A DNA stretch of 64,000 bases from Candidatus Eiseniibacteriota bacterium. GTDB lineage: Bacteria > Eisenbacteria > RBG-16-71-46. The stretch is taken from NCBI GenBank assembly GCA_041483195.1, contig JBGPFC010000013.1, positions 30,437 to 94,436 of the forward strand, read 5' to 3'. The notes beneath the pieces are model-generated. The model saw nothing but the letters and a program-made list of their open reading frames with translations, ran no database searches and had not been told where the DNA came from. Below, in pieces: positions 1-11,902 of the stretch. Positions within the stretch are counted from its first letter, which is position 1. The number at the start of each line of letters is the position of its first letter. The position numbers and the translations under genes are program-made.

Positions 1-441
1 CTCGACCTGGTCGCGAGCCGCAGCACGCTGTGGCCGGACACGCTCGACGTGATGGGCTGGGACGTGGACGACCGCGGACTGCACGTGGTGTTCTCGCGCG
101 ACATCCCGACCATCGTGCGCGAGTGGGTGCGGCCAACGCTCGATGGCTTTCTCGCGGCGCACGGACTCGACCTCGCAACGCTCGCCCACGTGGTCGCGCA
201 CCCCGGCGGCCCCAAGGTGCTCTCCGCCTACGCCGAATCCCTGGGGCTCGACCCCTCGGCCTTCCGCCACGCGGCCGCCGTGCTGCGCGAGTGCGGCAAC
301 ATGTCGTCGCCCACCTGCCTGTTCGTTCTCGAGCGCGTGCTGGCGGCGCACGACATCCGGCCGGGGGAAGCGGCGGTGCTCAGCGCGCTGGGCCCCGGGT
401 TTTCGTCGGAGCTGGTGCTGATGCGCGCGCGCGCGACATGA
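1..441 (+). CDS. Type III polyketide synthase (chalcone/stilbene synthase family), 5'-truncated by the window edge
   Basis: Open frame from base 1; HPGGPKVL and GNMSSPT motifs and C-terminal LGPGFSSE, typical of type III PKS. Confidence 0.92.
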   Translation, partial: LDLVASRSTLWPDTLDVMGWDVDDRGLHVVFSRDIPTIVREWVRPTLDGFLAAHGLDLATLAHVVAHPGGPKVLSAYAESLGLDPSAFRHAAAVLRECGNMSSPTCLFVLERVLAAHDIRPGEAAVLSALGPGFSSELVLMRARAT

Positions 442-1007
442 CGCTGCCCCCGCTGCCGGCGGCGCTCGGCCTCGCGGGATTTCTCGCCGCCCTGATCGTG
501 CAGCGCCTGTGGGAGCTCGGGCGCTCGCGGCGCAATGCCCGCGCGCTCGCGGCGCGCGGCGGGATCGAGACCGGCGCCCGGCACTTTCCGCTGTTCGTCG
601 TGCTCCACGCGGGATTCCCGCTCGCGCTCGCGGCCGAGGTGCTCGCGCTCGGCGCGCGCCCCGGTTCGACCTGGCCGCTGTGGCTCGCGCTGCTCGCGGC
701 GGCCGAAGGGCTGCGGGCCGCCGCGATCCACGCGCTCGGCGAGCGCTGGACGGTGCGCATCGTGGTGGTGCCCGGGCTCGCGCCGGTGCGGCGCGGAGTC
801 TACCGGGTGCTGCGCCATCCGAATTACGTCGCGGTGTCGGTCGAGCTGGCGGCGGCCGCGCTGCTGTTCGGCGCCTGGCGCACCGCGATCGCGGCCTCCG
901 CGCTCAACGCGGTCGCGCTCGCGATCCGGATTCCCGCCGAAGAACGCGCCATCGCGCGCGCGGGCGGCGACCCGGCGGCGCTCGCGACCCCCGCCCCGGC
1001 TCCGTGA
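438..1007 (+). CDS. Isoprenylcysteine carboxyl methyltransferase (ICMT)-family membrane protein, BpsB/SrsB-like partner of the type III PKS
   Basis: ATGA overlap with the PKS stop; hydrophobic; QRLWEL, LGERWTVRI, GVYRVLRHPNY and RIPAEERA motifs. Confidence 0.88.
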   Translation: MTLPPLPAALGLAGFLAALIVQRLWELGRSRRNARALAARGGIETGARHFPLFVVLHAGFPLALAAEVLALGARPGSTWPLWLALLAAAEGLRAAAIHALGERWTVRIVVVPGLAPVRRGVYRVLRHPNYVAVSVELAAAALLFGAWRTAIAASALNAVALAIRIPAEERAIARAGGDPAALATPAPAP

Positions 1008-1011
1008 CGCG

Positions 1012-3309
1012 CTAGCGCGTCGCGACCGCGGCTTCGGTCTCGACGCTGACCCGCGCGGCGGGCTGAGGCTCCAGCACGCGCAGCACCAGCAGCGTCATGT
1101 CGTCCTGCGCCTCGAGCTCGCCCAGGAACTCGCGCAACGCGGCGAGCAGCCGCTCGGCCACCTCGCGCGCGCCGAGCTCGCGCGGGAGCGCGTGCGCGAC
1201 CGAGCACAATCGCTCCTCGCCGAACAGCTCGCCGCTCGCGTTCGCGGCTTCGCTGATTCCGTCGGTATAGAGCACGACCAGGTCGCCGGGCGCGAGCGCC
1301 ACCTCCGCCTCCTCGTATCCGGTCTGCTCCATGATCCCGAGCAGCATGCCGCCCCGCTCCAGGAATTCGCGGTCGCCGTTGCGGCGCAGCACCACCGGCC
1401 AGTTGTGGCCGGCGTTCGAGAACGTGAGCCGCAGGCGCTCGCCGTCGATGCGCGCGAGGAAGAAGGTCGCGAACTGATGCTGGGCGGTGCTGCGGTAGAG
1501 CAGGGCGTTGATGTTCTGGAGGATGGTGCCGAGCGAGCCCGCCGAGCTCTGCGTGCGCAGCGAAGCCTGGAGCATCGCGGAGAGCAGCGCGGCGGGCACG
1601 CCCTTGCCCGAGACGTCGGCGATCGCGACCAGGTGGGATCCGTCGGCGGCCTCGACCACGTCGTAGAAATCGCCGCCCACCTGCTTCGATGGAATGTAGA
1701 GCGCGTGCACGTCGCAGCGCGGAATCCGCGGGAACTCGGAGAGCAGCGAGGTGCGCTGGATCTGGCGCGCGAGGTTGAGCTCCTCCTCGAAACGCGCGAC
1801 CGCGACCCGGTCCCGCAGCAGCAGCGCGTTCTGGAGCGAGACCGACACCTGCGCCGCGAGCGTGGTGAGCAGGTTCACGTCCTCCGAGCTGAATCCGGTG
1901 CCGGTGAGCTTGTCGCCGAGCAGCAGCGCGCCCAGCACGTCGCCGTGCCAGCGCAGCGGCACCAGCAGCGCGGCCGAGCGGCCGTCCCCGAGCTCGGCCT
2001 GCTCCTCGGGAGTCAGGCCCTCCACGCCCTCGCTCACCCGGTAGCTGCTCGCCCGCGCGGACACGCGCGGCAGGATGTCCGCGAGCCGCGAGAGCGCGCC
2101 GGGGGCCAGCGGCGCCCCACCCCCGCTGTGCGCGATCGCGCCGTTCCCGGTGAGCGCGACGACGTGCGCGCCTTGCAGCAGCAGCGCGTCGGCCAGCGTG
2201 CGGATGGTGCGCGACATCAGCACCTCGAGATCGATCGTGGTCTGGAGATCGCGGCCCAGCTGACGGAGCACGTTGCGATAGTCCGCCGGGTCCTTGAGCA
2301 GCACGCGGTCCAGCACCTCCTCGAGTCGTGCGATGGCGGGCTGGAACAACGCGAGCGCCATGACCAGGAATACCGGCGTGAACACCCGTGCGTCCACGCC
2401 GGGAACGGCCGTGAGGATGCGATTGAGGGGCTGGAGCACGACCAGGTAGAGCCCGACCAGCGCCGCGGAGGCCAGCGCGTACAGGATGCCGCGCCGCGCG
2501 AGCAGGCGCGCGTCGAGGAACTTGTGGCGAACGATCGCGTAGGCGATCGAGCCCGGCCCCAGGGTGAGGGCGGCGATGGTGAGCCACGAGCGCACGCCCG
2601 GGTCGACCTGGAGGTTCAGCATCTGTGGAATGGTGGTCGCGAAGCTGTAGCAGCCGAGGCACGCGCTCAATCCCACCGCGATCACGCGCAGCTGCTGCTT
2701 GAGTCGCGGCACCTGCGAGCGGCGGTAGCTGTCGAACAGCAGCGCCATGGTCGCGAGTCCGAAGCCGAGATTGACCAGCGAGAACAGCGCCTGGTGCACG
2801 AGCAGGAACATTCGCACGAACACCCCGGCCACCCCGACGATCGATCCGAGGTACCGCAACGCGCCGACCCGCGGCAGCTCGACCTCGGGGCGCCACACCA
2901 GCAGCACCAGCATCAGCGCGAAGTGGAAGAGATGCGGCGCGAACACCAGCGTGCCGAAGCCCGGCGCGAACGGGCGCCCCGCGAGGAACGGGATGCGGCG
3001 GGTGTACGCGCGCTCGACCGGGAAGATGCTCGCGAACAGGAACAGCGTCGGGAAGAAGAACTCCCAGACGTAGGACACGCTCTCGATCAGGCTGGGCGCG
3101 CCTGCCGCGCCGCCGGTCGCGGCCGGGGCATGCGCGGCCATCAGGCTGAGCGCCGCGAGCACCGCGCCGACGCCGCCGAAGAACAGCATCATCGCCACCG
3201 TGCGGTTCAGACGGTGGCGCGGATTCTCGCGCAGGATGATGAGCCCGAGGAGGAAGACCAGGCCTCCCAGGGACAGGTTCAGCGTCGAGAGAATCAGGAA
3301 CGAACTCAT
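1012..3309 (-). CDS. Multi-TM sensor + GAF + SpoIIE/PP2C (RsbU-like) serine phosphatase
   Basis: N-terminal hydrophobic helices; GAF-like LVPLRW...GALLLG...FSSEDVNLL; GGDFYD, IADVSGKG, NAGH, YTDGI and DDMT motifs. Confidence 0.9.
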   Translation of the reverse strand: MSSFLILSTLNLSLGGLVFLLGLIILRENPRHRLNRTVAMMLFFGGVGAVLAALSLMAAHAPAATGGAAGAPSLIESVSYVWEFFFPTLFLFASIFPVERAYTRRIPFLAGRPFAPGFGTLVFAPHLFHFALMLVLLVWRPEVELPRVGALRYLGSIVGVAGVFVRMFLLVHQALFSLVNLGFGLATMALLFDSYRRSQVPRLKQQLRVIAVGLSACLGCYSFATTIPQMLNLQVDPGVRSWLTIAALTLGPGSIAYAIVRHKFLDARLLARRGILYALASAALVGLYLVVLQPLNRILTAVPGVDARVFTPVFLVMALALFQPAIARLEEVLDRVLLKDPADYRNVLRQLGRDLQTTIDLEVLMSRTIRTLADALLLQGAHVVALTGNGAIAHSGGGAPLAPGALSRLADILPRVSARASSYRVSEGVEGLTPEEQAELGDGRSAALLVPLRWHGDVLGALLLGDKLTGTGFSSEDVNLLTTLAAQVSVSLQNALLLRDRVAVARFEEELNLARQIQRTSLLSEFPRIPRCDVHALYIPSKQVGGDFYDVVEAADGSHLVAIADVSGKGVPAALLSAMLQASLRTQSSAGSLGTILQNINALLYRSTAQHQFATFFLARIDGERLRLTFSNAGHNWPVVLRRNGDREFLERGGMLLGIMEQTGYEEAEVALAPGDLVVLYTDGISEAANASGELFGEERLCSVAHALPRELGAREVAERLLAALREFLGELEAQDDMTLLVLRVLEPQPAARVSVETEAAVATR

Positions 3310-3523
3310 CGGCCCCCGGGCTCCCCCTCAGGGTGGGGGTGCGTGAGTCGGAGCGTGCGACGGTGAGTACGGCCTCACGCCGCGTGGGTTGCACCGTTCG
3401 GGCGCGGCCCGCCCGCCGCGGCGAATGGACCGACCAGCGCCCGCACGGCACGTGACACCGCCAGTGTTTCGTCCCCGGCCCGTCGCGTCAAGTCGCGAGC
3501 CTCGCGAGGACGGCGCGGCGCGA

Positions 3524-3913
3524 TCAGCGCCCGATGGACTTCCTCCCGGCGCGCGCCGGGCCGCGCGCGAAGCGCGCGACCACGGTCGAGCCGATTCCTC
3601 CGCGCACGTTGAACCGTCCGATCACCGTCATCCGCCGCGGGCGCAGCGCGCGCACCAGATCGTCCAGGATTTGATTCGTCGCCTGTTCGAAGAAATGGCC
3701 CTCGTCGCGGAACGACCAGAGGTAGAGCTTGAGCGACTTGAGCTCGACGCACAGCCGGTCCGGGACGTATACGACGACGATGGTGCCGAAGTCCGGCTGC
3801 CCGGTCACGGGGCAGACGGCGGTGTACTCCGGGCACTCGTGGCGAACGATGTAGTCGCGCCGGGGCGCGGGGTTCGGAAACGTCTCGAGCCGTTTCGACG
3901 GTCGGGCCGGCAT
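3524..3913 (-). CDS. queF: NADPH-dependent 7-cyano-7-deazaguanine (preQ0) reductase, short form
   Basis: CPVTGQPDF and VELKSLKLY motifs; FNVRGGI. Confidence 0.95.
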   Translation of the reverse strand: MPARPSKRLETFPNPAPRRDYIVRHECPEYTAVCPVTGQPDFGTIVVVYVPDRLCVELKSLKLYLWSFRDEGHFFEQATNQILDDLVRALRPRRMTVIGRFNVRGGIGSTVVARFARGPARAGRKSIGR

Positions 3914-4094
3914 GGGATCCTCGGGTGAAGGGGCGCAGTGTGCGCGAGGCGCGGAAAGCGGGTCAAGCGCGGGATCGTGGCGCGGGCCGTGACCCCGAGG
4001 ACGCGCGCCGGCTCAAGTCCGCCCCCGATCGCGCCGATACCGGCTCCATCGCGTCCGGCCCCTCTCCGAGCGACCCTCGAGAGGAGTCTGCCAC

Positions 4095-5381
4095 ATGCTC
4101 GCGTCCTCGCCGTCCTCTTCCAACCTCGCTTCGACTTCTCTCGACCCTGCCCGCATCGAGGCGGCGTTCGCGACCACCTGTGAGCGCGTCGGATCCGCGG
4201 AGGGACTCGCGGCGCCATGCGCCGAGATCCTCGCGGCGCTGGTCGCCGAGTCCGGAGCGAGCCGCGCCTCGCTGCTGCTCCTCAACCCCGACACCGGGCG
4301 CCTCAACATGGCGGCGGCGATCGGGCTGCCCGCCGACATCGTGGGCCGCGACATGACGCCGCGCCCGCGCAGCATCTCGGAGTGGGTGTTCCGCAATCGC
4401 CGTGGCCTGGTGTTGAACGGCGAGGTGCGCGACGAGCGATTCGAAGGCACGTCGCGCCACGCGGTGACCGAATCCTCGATGTGCGTCCCGATCGAGACCA
4501 CGGCCGGACCGCTCGGCGTGCTCAGCCTCGCGCGTCATTCGCCCGCGCTGTCGTTTGCCGATCCCGACTTGCTCACGCTCTCGCACGCATTGCCACCCGT
4601 CATCGACGTGATCCGCCGCGCCTGGCGGATGGAGCGTGCCGAGCGGAGCCTGCAGCGGCTCGAAGTGGCCGACGGCGCGCCCGACCGCACGCTCGTCCCG
4701 CGCGGCGCGTTCGCGATGCGCAGCTACGACGTGGGGCTCGCGCGGCGCCCGAGCTGGAATCTCGGCGGCGACTTCTGCGATCGCGTCCCGCACGCGAACG
4801 GCGGCAACACGGTGCTGGTGGCGGACGTGAGCGGCGAGGGCGCGCTCGCCGCGCTCTCGGCCGGATTCGCGCAGGGTCTGTTCGTGGGGGCCGCTTCGCC
4901 AGAGCGCTCGGCGGCCGGCATCGTCGCGCAGCTCAACGCCGGGCTCCACAGCCGGATCGGCGAGCGCCAGTTCGTCGCGCTGTGGCTCGCCCAGCTCGAG
5001 AAGAACGGCGAGGTCTCGTACTGCGACGCCGGCTATCCCGCCCCGTTCTGGGTGCCGGCGGATGGATCCCCCACGCTCCGCCTCGATCGTGGCGGCCCGG
5101 TGGCCGGGGCGTTGCCGCACGCGCAGTATCAGGAGGAGCACGTGCGGATGCTCGCCGGCGATCTGCTGGTCGCGGTGAGCGACGGGTTGCTCGCCGAACG
5201 CGGTCCGACCGACCAGCCCTATGGCGCGGAGCGCGTCGCCGAATTGCTGCAGGAGATGCGGCGCGAGCCGCTCGACCGGCTCACGCACGAGCTGTGCGAG
5301 TCGGTGCGCGCGTACTCCGCGCGGGCGACTCCCACCGACGACATCCTGGTGCTCGCGATCCGCTACCGCCCCGGAGACTGA
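4095..5381 (+). CDS. GAF + SpoIIE/PP2C phosphatase
   Basis: GAF-like N-terminus (SSMCVPI...LGVLSL); GGDFCD, VADVSGEG, SDGL and DDI motifs. Confidence 0.85.
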   Translation: MLASSPSSSNLASTSLDPARIEAAFATTCERVGSAEGLAAPCAEILAALVAESGASRASLLLLNPDTGRLNMAAAIGLPADIVGRDMTPRPRSISEWVFRNRRGLVLNGEVRDERFEGTSRHAVTESSMCVPIETTAGPLGVLSLARHSPALSFADPDLLTLSHALPPVIDVIRRAWRMERAERSLQRLEVADGAPDRTLVPRGAFAMRSYDVGLARRPSWNLGGDFCDRVPHANGGNTVLVADVSGEGALAALSAGFAQGLFVGAASPERSAAGIVAQLNAGLHSRIGERQFVALWLAQLEKNGEVSYCDAGYPAPFWVPADGSPTLRLDRGGPVAGALPHAQYQEEHVRMLAGDLLVAVSDGLLAERGPTDQPYGAERVAELLQEMRREPLDRLTHELCESVRAYSARATPTDDILVLAIRYRPGD

Positions 5382-5458
5382 GCTTCGGGAACGGCACGCC
5401 TTCGCGTGCGCTCGCCCGCTGGCCGCGCTCGCGCGGCGCGTGCTATCGTCGCATCCTC

Positions 5459-6793
<1,335 letters not shown>

Positions 6794-6814
6794 CGCCCGG
6801 GAGTCTCGCCCGCG

Positions 6815-7537
6815 TCACGACGGATGCGCCGTGAGCGAGAATCGCACCCGGCGCGCGATCCACACCGCGACCGGCCGGTTGTTGCAGAGCGCCGGCTTGA
6901 ACACCCAGCTGCGGGCCGCGACGATCGCCGCCTCGTCGAGCATCGGGATGGACTGGTCGACGTGCACCTCGGTGACTCGCCCGTCCTTGCCCACCAGCAC
7001 GCGAAGGTACACGTCGCCTTCGACCGCGGCCTCCCTCGCCATCTCCGGATATTTCGGCGGCGTGTCGGTGATCAGCGCCGGCAACTCGTCGACGTAGACG
7101 TAGTCGCCGAGCTTCGGCAGCTCGTCGGCGGGCGGCATCTGGACGACGATCGGCTGGTCGCCGCCGGTCTCTGCGCTGCCGACCGCTGCCGCGATCTCCT
7201 GCTGCGAGGCGATCGTCTGATCCGGGGGCGCCTGGATGTCGGGCACCGGAACCGGAACGCCGACCGCCGGAGGCGTGGTGGTCCTCGCGATTAGAATCTG
7301 GGGCGGCGGCTCGTTTTGCGTGAGCGGAGGCGGAGCGGCCAGCTCGCGAAACGGAATGACGATCGTCCGCGGCGGTTCGCTCGCCTTCGGCCGAACCACC
7401 GTCCAGCCGAGCGCGATCAGGAAGGCGAGAACCCAGAGCGCGACGCTCAGCGTGGTCGCGCGCCACATCCGGGGCCGCGCGCCCTCGATCAGCTCCGGCG
7501 CGCCATATGGCATGAACTCGTAAAGTGCGGAGGCCAT
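6815..7537 (-). CDS. tonB: Energy transducer TonB
   Basis: Single N-terminal TM, Pro-rich linker, C-terminal PKYPEMARE...EGDVYLRVLVGKDGRV...WVFKPA TonB_C pattern. Confidence 0.85.
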   Translation of the reverse strand: MASALYEFMPYGAPELIEGARPRMWRATTLSVALWVLAFLIALGWTVVRPKASEPPRTIVIPFRELAAPPPLTQNEPPPQILIARTTTPPAVGVPVPVPDIQAPPDQTIASQQEIAAAVGSAETGGDQPIVVQMPPADELPKLGDYVYVDELPALITDTPPKYPEMAREAAVEGDVYLRVLVGKDGRVTEVHVDQSIPMLDEAAIVAARSWVFKPALCNNRPVAVWIARRVRFSLTAHPS

Positions 7538-7773
7538 GACTCGCTCCGATCGTTGCGGCCCCTGTTCTGATGCGCCACGATCGTGATCCAGCGATCACCG
7601 AATTCTCCTGCATAACGCATTCCGGGGCCGACCTCGAACCCCGCGAGTCCCAATCGCAGGGCCGGCAGGGGATTGCGTTGGCGGCCGGGTGCGCCGGCAG
7701 TCGGGTCGCTCTGCCAGAACGGTCGGGCCGGTCGCAAATTGGCAGGAGCGCCGCGGAAAATCCCGGAACGAAC

Positions 7774-8697
7774 CTAGTCGACCGCCCGCTCCTCCCACGC
7801 GAGCAGCCCCGCGCCGATCACGCCCGCTCGTTCGCCGAGCGCGGCGGGCACGATGCGCAATCCCTGACGGTGCGAGGCGAGCGCGTAGCGCTCGACCGCC
7901 GCGCGCAGTCTCGAGAACAGCGGCTCCCCCGCCTGCGCCACGCCGCCGCCCACCACCACGACGTCGGGGTTCAGCAGGTTGATCGCGACCGCCAGCAGCG
8001 CGCCCAGTCGATCGGCCATGTGATCCACGAGACGCAGCGCGCGGGCGTCCCCGGCCGCGGCGAGCGCGAAAACGGCGGCCGCATCGGGCGCTTCGATCCC
8101 GGCCTCCCGCGCCATCGCGATCAGGCCGCTGGCCGATGCCTCGGGCTCGACGCAGTCCGCGATGCCGCAGCGACACGCGCGCCCGAGCTTCCCGAGCGGC
8201 AGGTGGCCCAGCTCGCCGGCGCCGCCGAACGCCCCGTGCAGCACGCGGCCGCCCTCGACGATGCCGCAACCCACGCCGGTCCCGAGCGTGACGGTGAGCG
8301 CGCAGCGCGCGTTGCGCGCGGCGCCGAGGGTGGCCTCCGCGAGCGCCGCGCAGTTGGCGTCGTTGTCGACCCGCACCGCGAGCGCGAGCCGCGCCTCGAG
8401 CCGCTCGCGCAGCGGGATCGCGTTCCAGTGCGGCAGGTGCGCGGTCGACGCGACCTGCGCCCCGGTCCGCGGGTGGATGACGCCGGGACAACCGAGACCG
8501 GCCGTCGCGGGCGGATGGGGCGAGAGCGCACGCAATTCCGCCACCGCCGCCTCGATCGCGGCGAGCGGCGCCTCCGCGCTCTCGAGCGTTCGCGAGGGCC
8601 GGCGCGTGAAGTGCGAGAGCGCGCCGTCGCGCGCGAGCAGCCCCGCCTTGAGATCCGTGCCCCCGAGATCGAGGGCGATCACGTGTGAGATCGCCAT
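7774..8697 (-). CDS. ROK family sugar kinase (glucokinase-like)
   Basis: LDLGGT, DNDANCAALAE, GTGVGCG and GELGH...CRCG...CVE motifs; start ATG 8697 inside the longer tracked ORF. Confidence 0.92.
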   Translation of the reverse strand: MAISHVIALDLGGTDLKAGLLARDGALSHFTRRPSRTLESAEAPLAAIEAAVAELRALSPHPPATAGLGCPGVIHPRTGAQVASTAHLPHWNAIPLRERLEARLALAVRVDNDANCAALAEATLGAARNARCALTVTLGTGVGCGIVEGGRVLHGAFGGAGELGHLPLGKLGRACRCGIADCVEPEASASGLIAMAREAGIEAPDAAAVFALAAAGDARALRLVDHMADRLGALLAVAINLLNPDVVVVGGGVAQAGEPLFSRLRAAVERYALASHRQGLRIVPAALGERAGVIGAGLLAWEERAVD

Positions 8698-8781
8698 GCC
8701 GGCGATTATCCACGTCGCGACGCGCGCGGCCACTCCAATTCGTGATGGACCGGCCGCGTTCCCCGATGGCACAGTACGCGC

Positions 8782-11217
8782 ATGATCACATCCCTGCTGC
8801 TCGCGATCGGGCTCGCGGCCGCGCCGCCGTTGGCGCGCGCCGCGCGCGCCGCGCCGGAGCGCGCGCGGGTCGTGCCCGGGCTCTCCGCGCCGGTGCGGAT
8901 CGTGGTGGACCGCTACGGCGTGTCGCACCTGCGCGCGGCGAGCCTCGCGGATCTCTATTTCGCGTGGGGCTACGTCACCGCCCGCGATCGTCTCTGGCAG
9001 CTGGAGTACACTCGGCAGGCGGCGCGGGGCGAGCTCTGGCGCTGGTTCGGAAATTCCGCGCTCCGCGCCGACGGGGGCGCGCAGCTCTTCGAGTTCCGCG
9101 AGCGGGCCGCGCGCATCTGGGCGCGCGACCGCGCCCATCCCGAGCTCGCCCTCGCGATGGAGCGCTACGCGGCCGGCATCAACGCGTTCATTGACCGCTG
9201 TCGCGCGGGGGACGAGAGCTGGCCGCCCGAGCTGACACGGCTGCGCGCGCGCCCCACAGCATGGAGGCCCGAGGATTCGGTCGCGCTGTTGCTGGGGCTG
9301 GGCGTGACGCTCGATCTCGACCTCCCGGAGCTGTCGGAGGGCGTCAGCATCGACCGCTACGGCATGGACTGGACGATCCGCCGGCGGCGTTTCGAGGGCC
9401 AGTGGATCTACGACTCGATCCCGGACAGCGCGGCGCTGCGGCTCTACGGCGCGCCGGCGACCGCGGCGCCACGGCGCGCCCGCGCGACGACGCGCGCGTC
9501 GGCCCCTGCGCTCGAGCCGGAGTTTCCGCAGGTCGCGGGCGATCTGCTGCGCGATGCGCGCGCATGCCTGGCGCCGCTGCTCGCCGAGCGCGATCCGGAC
9601 GGGGCCAGCCGCGCGAGCAACGTGTTCGCGGTGGGGCCGAGGCGAAGCGCGAGCGGAGCCCCGCTGTTCGCCAACGATCCGCACCTCACGCTTGCGACCC
9701 CCGGACCCTTCCACGTGATCCATCTCTCGGTCCCGGGCGTGCTCGATGCGATCGGCGCGAGCGTGCCCGGACTGCCCGCGATCGTGAGCGGGCGGAGCGC
9801 GCGCTGCGCGTGGGGCGTCACGGCGCTGGGCGCGGACATGCTCGATCTCTACGCCGACACGCTCTCGAGCGACGGACGCCGCGTGAAGACCGCGGAAGGA
9901 TGGGCGGCGCTGCGCGAGGCGCCTTACGATCTGCGTTACGCGCTGCTCGGCATTCCGCTGCCACCCTTCGGACAGGTCCGGCGCTACACGCCGCACGGGC
10001 CGGTGGTCGCGTTCGATCGCAGGCGCGGGATCGCGCTGAGCGTGCGGTGGTCGGCCCTCGAGGATCGCCGCATCTCGCTCGCCGGGCTGGTGGGCGTCGA
10101 GCGCTCGGCGTCCGCCGCCGAGGTCGCGCGGCGCTTCGGCACCCTGGTGACGCCCGGCGTCAACCTGGTGGTGGCCGACCGCGGCGGCGACGTGGTGTAT
10201 CGGGCCTGCGGCCTGCTGCCGCGCCGCCGCCTCATCCCGCCGCCCGGACCGCTGCCTTCGAATGGCCGCTACGAATGGGCCGGGTTCATCGAGCCCGATT
10301 CGATGCCGGCGTGGCACGTCCCGCCTCAAACGTTCGTCGTGAACAGCAACAATCGCCCGGTGGGCGCGGCCTATCCCGAGGCGTGGCCGCGCTTCGACTG
10401 GGCGCACGATCGCGCCTTGCGCATCGCGCAGCGGCTGGGCGGCGATCCCAGCCTTACGCTCGCGGACCTGCGCAGCGTGCAGAACGACGTGTACGCGCGC
10501 GCCGGAGTGCGCATCGTGCCGCTGCTCATCCGCCGCGCCGAGTCCGAGCCCGGCCGCCTCACGCCGCGCATGCGCGAGGCGCTCGACACCCTGCGCGCCT
10601 GGGACTTCGTCGCCCGGCGCGATCGCGTCGCGCCCACGCTGTTCCGGGCGTGGACCGGCGCGCTCACCCGGCGCTCGCGGGTCGAGGGGCTTCAGGGATT
10701 GCTGGTGGCGGCGCTCGACGGGCGCGCGCCCGACGCGTTGCGCGGCCCGGGCGGCGAGGCGCCAGAGTCGCCCGCGAGCGCCGCGATCGCCGCCCTCGAC
10801 ACCGCGCTCACGCGGCTCTCGATCATGCTCGGCCCCGACCTCGCGCGCTGGACGTGGGGACGCGTCCATCGCGCGCGCTTTCGCCACGAGCTGAGCGATT
10901 TCGCGCACGACGGCCGCGGCGCGTGGGAGCCGGCGCCGATCGCGGTGGACGGCGACGGCAGCAGCCCGGCGGTGGCGCCATCGCGCCTGCCGTGGAACAC
11001 CGAGGTCACGCACGGCCCGGCGTGGCGCGTGCTCGTGGACCTCGCGATCGCGGATTCCGCGCTGGGCGTGGTGCCGCCCGGCAACGCGGGCTCCGGCCCG
11101 CATCAACGCGATCTGCTCGCGCGCTGGGCCGGGCACGGCTACGTGCCGCTCTACCTCGCGTGGGATCGGATCGAGGCCGCGAAGGAATCCGAGCTGACGC
11201 TGAACCCCGCGCGCTGA
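8782..11217 (+). CDS. Penicillin acylase family (Ntn-hydrolase) secreted protein
   Basis: Signal peptide; DRYGVSH, GYVTARDRLWQLE, nucleophile ASNVFAVG, ANDPHL and NSNNRP motifs. Confidence 0.9.
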   Translation: MITSLLLAIGLAAAPPLARAARAAPERARVVPGLSAPVRIVVDRYGVSHLRAASLADLYFAWGYVTARDRLWQLEYTRQAARGELWRWFGNSALRADGGAQLFEFRERAARIWARDRAHPELALAMERYAAGINAFIDRCRAGDESWPPELTRLRARPTAWRPEDSVALLLGLGVTLDLDLPELSEGVSIDRYGMDWTIRRRRFEGQWIYDSIPDSAALRLYGAPATAAPRRARATTRASAPALEPEFPQVAGDLLRDARACLAPLLAERDPDGASRASNVFAVGPRRSASGAPLFANDPHLTLATPGPFHVIHLSVPGVLDAIGASVPGLPAIVSGRSARCAWGVTALGADMLDLYADTLSSDGRRVKTAEGWAALREAPYDLRYALLGIPLPPFGQVRRYTPHGPVVAFDRRRGIALSVRWSALEDRRISLAGLVGVERSASAAEVARRFGTLVTPGVNLVVADRGGDVVYRACGLLPRRRLIPPPGPLPSNGRYEWAGFIEPDSMPAWHVPPQTFVVNSNNRPVGAAYPEAWPRFDWAHDRALRIAQRLGGDPSLTLADLRSVQNDVYARAGVRIVPLLIRRAESEPGRLTPRMREALDTLRAWDFVARRDRVAPTLFRAWTGALTRRSRVEGLQGLLVAALDGRAPDALRGPGGEAPESPASAAIAALDTALTRLSIMLGPDLARWTWGRVHRARFRHELSDFAHDGRGAWEPAPIAVDGDGSSPAVAPSRLPWNTEVTHGPAWRVLVDLAIADSALGVVPPGNAGSGPHQRDLLARWAGHGYVPLYLAWDRIEAAKESELTLNPAR

Positions 11218-11269
11218 GAGGGTGCCGGGGTCCGCTCGAGGGCTGCGGCCCACGATGGCCGCGCTCCGC

Positions 11270-11902
11270 TCAGCGGTCGTTCCGGAACAGCAGCGTGACG
11301 CCCGCCAGCAGCTCGTGCTCCGAGAAATCCGCGACCGGATCGGAGAGGATCCGGCGGTAGCGATATTCGAAGCGCAGCGCGGCGCGCGCGTCGACCAGCT
11401 CCCGCAGGCCGACGCTGGCCCCGAGCGGATGTCGCGCCTGCCGGAAGCTGCCGAGCCATTCCTCGCGCACTCCCCCGCCGATCGCCGCGAACGCGACGAG
11501 CCGGCCCCCGCCGATCCGCCGGTGGAGCGAGACGCCGAGCTCGAGATCCATCTCGTCGAGGCCGCCGACGTGGAGGTACGAGAGCTCCGGCTCGAGCCCG
11601 ATGAGCGCCGGGCCGCACGAGGCGAATCGCCCGGCGCGAATCTGCACGGTCGCGTGCGAGGCGCCATCGACGCTGGTGTACGATCCCGCGATCCCGGCCT
11701 CGATCGCGCCGGCGTGCAGCGTCGGCGCGGCCGGCCGGCTCGATTCCACCGCCGAAGACGCGGCCGCCGGGGATGCGGGCGCGGCGGCGGTCGCGGTCGC
11801 GGTCCTCGCGTTCATCACGCCCAGCAGGACCGCCGCCAGCCAAACGATCGCGTTCGCTCTCACGCGATCGGACTCGCGCGCGAATGCCACGTTCACCTCC
11901 AT
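11270..11902 (-). CDS. Putative outer-membrane beta-barrel protein
   Basis: Signal-like hydrophobic segment and amphipathic strands (ALRFEYRYRR, ELLAGVTLLF); start uncertain. Confidence 0.6.
   Translation of the reverse strand: MEVNVAFARESDRVRANAIVWLAAVLLGVMNARTATATAAAPASPAAASSAVESSRPAAPTLHAGAIEAGIAGSYTSVDGASHATVQIRAGRFASCGPALIGLEPELSYLHVGGLDEMDLELGVSLHRRIGGGRLVAFAAIGGGVREEWLGSFRQARHPLGASVGLRELVDARAALRFEYRYRRILSDPVADFSEHELLAGVTLLFRNDR

Noticed and set aside
535..3451. Long ORFs 535-3366 (+) and 824-3451 (-)
   Set aside because: Antisense or off-frame shadows of the PP2C gene; Arg/Ala/Gly-rich with no motifs, typical of high-GC DNA.
3524..3913. queF as part of a 7-deazaguanine DNA-modification system with the island alpha/beta protein
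   Set aside because: They are about 47 kb apart; queF sits in housekeeping context near miaB, and no TGT/DpdA motif could be confirmed.
7774..11667. 1297-aa ORF as a giant ROK fusion
   Set aside because: Only the last 307 aa are ROK; the rest is antisense to the penicillin acylase. Similar spurious N-terminal extensions were trimmed for miaB, thyX, GH113, vWA, xdhC and the hcr-like genes.
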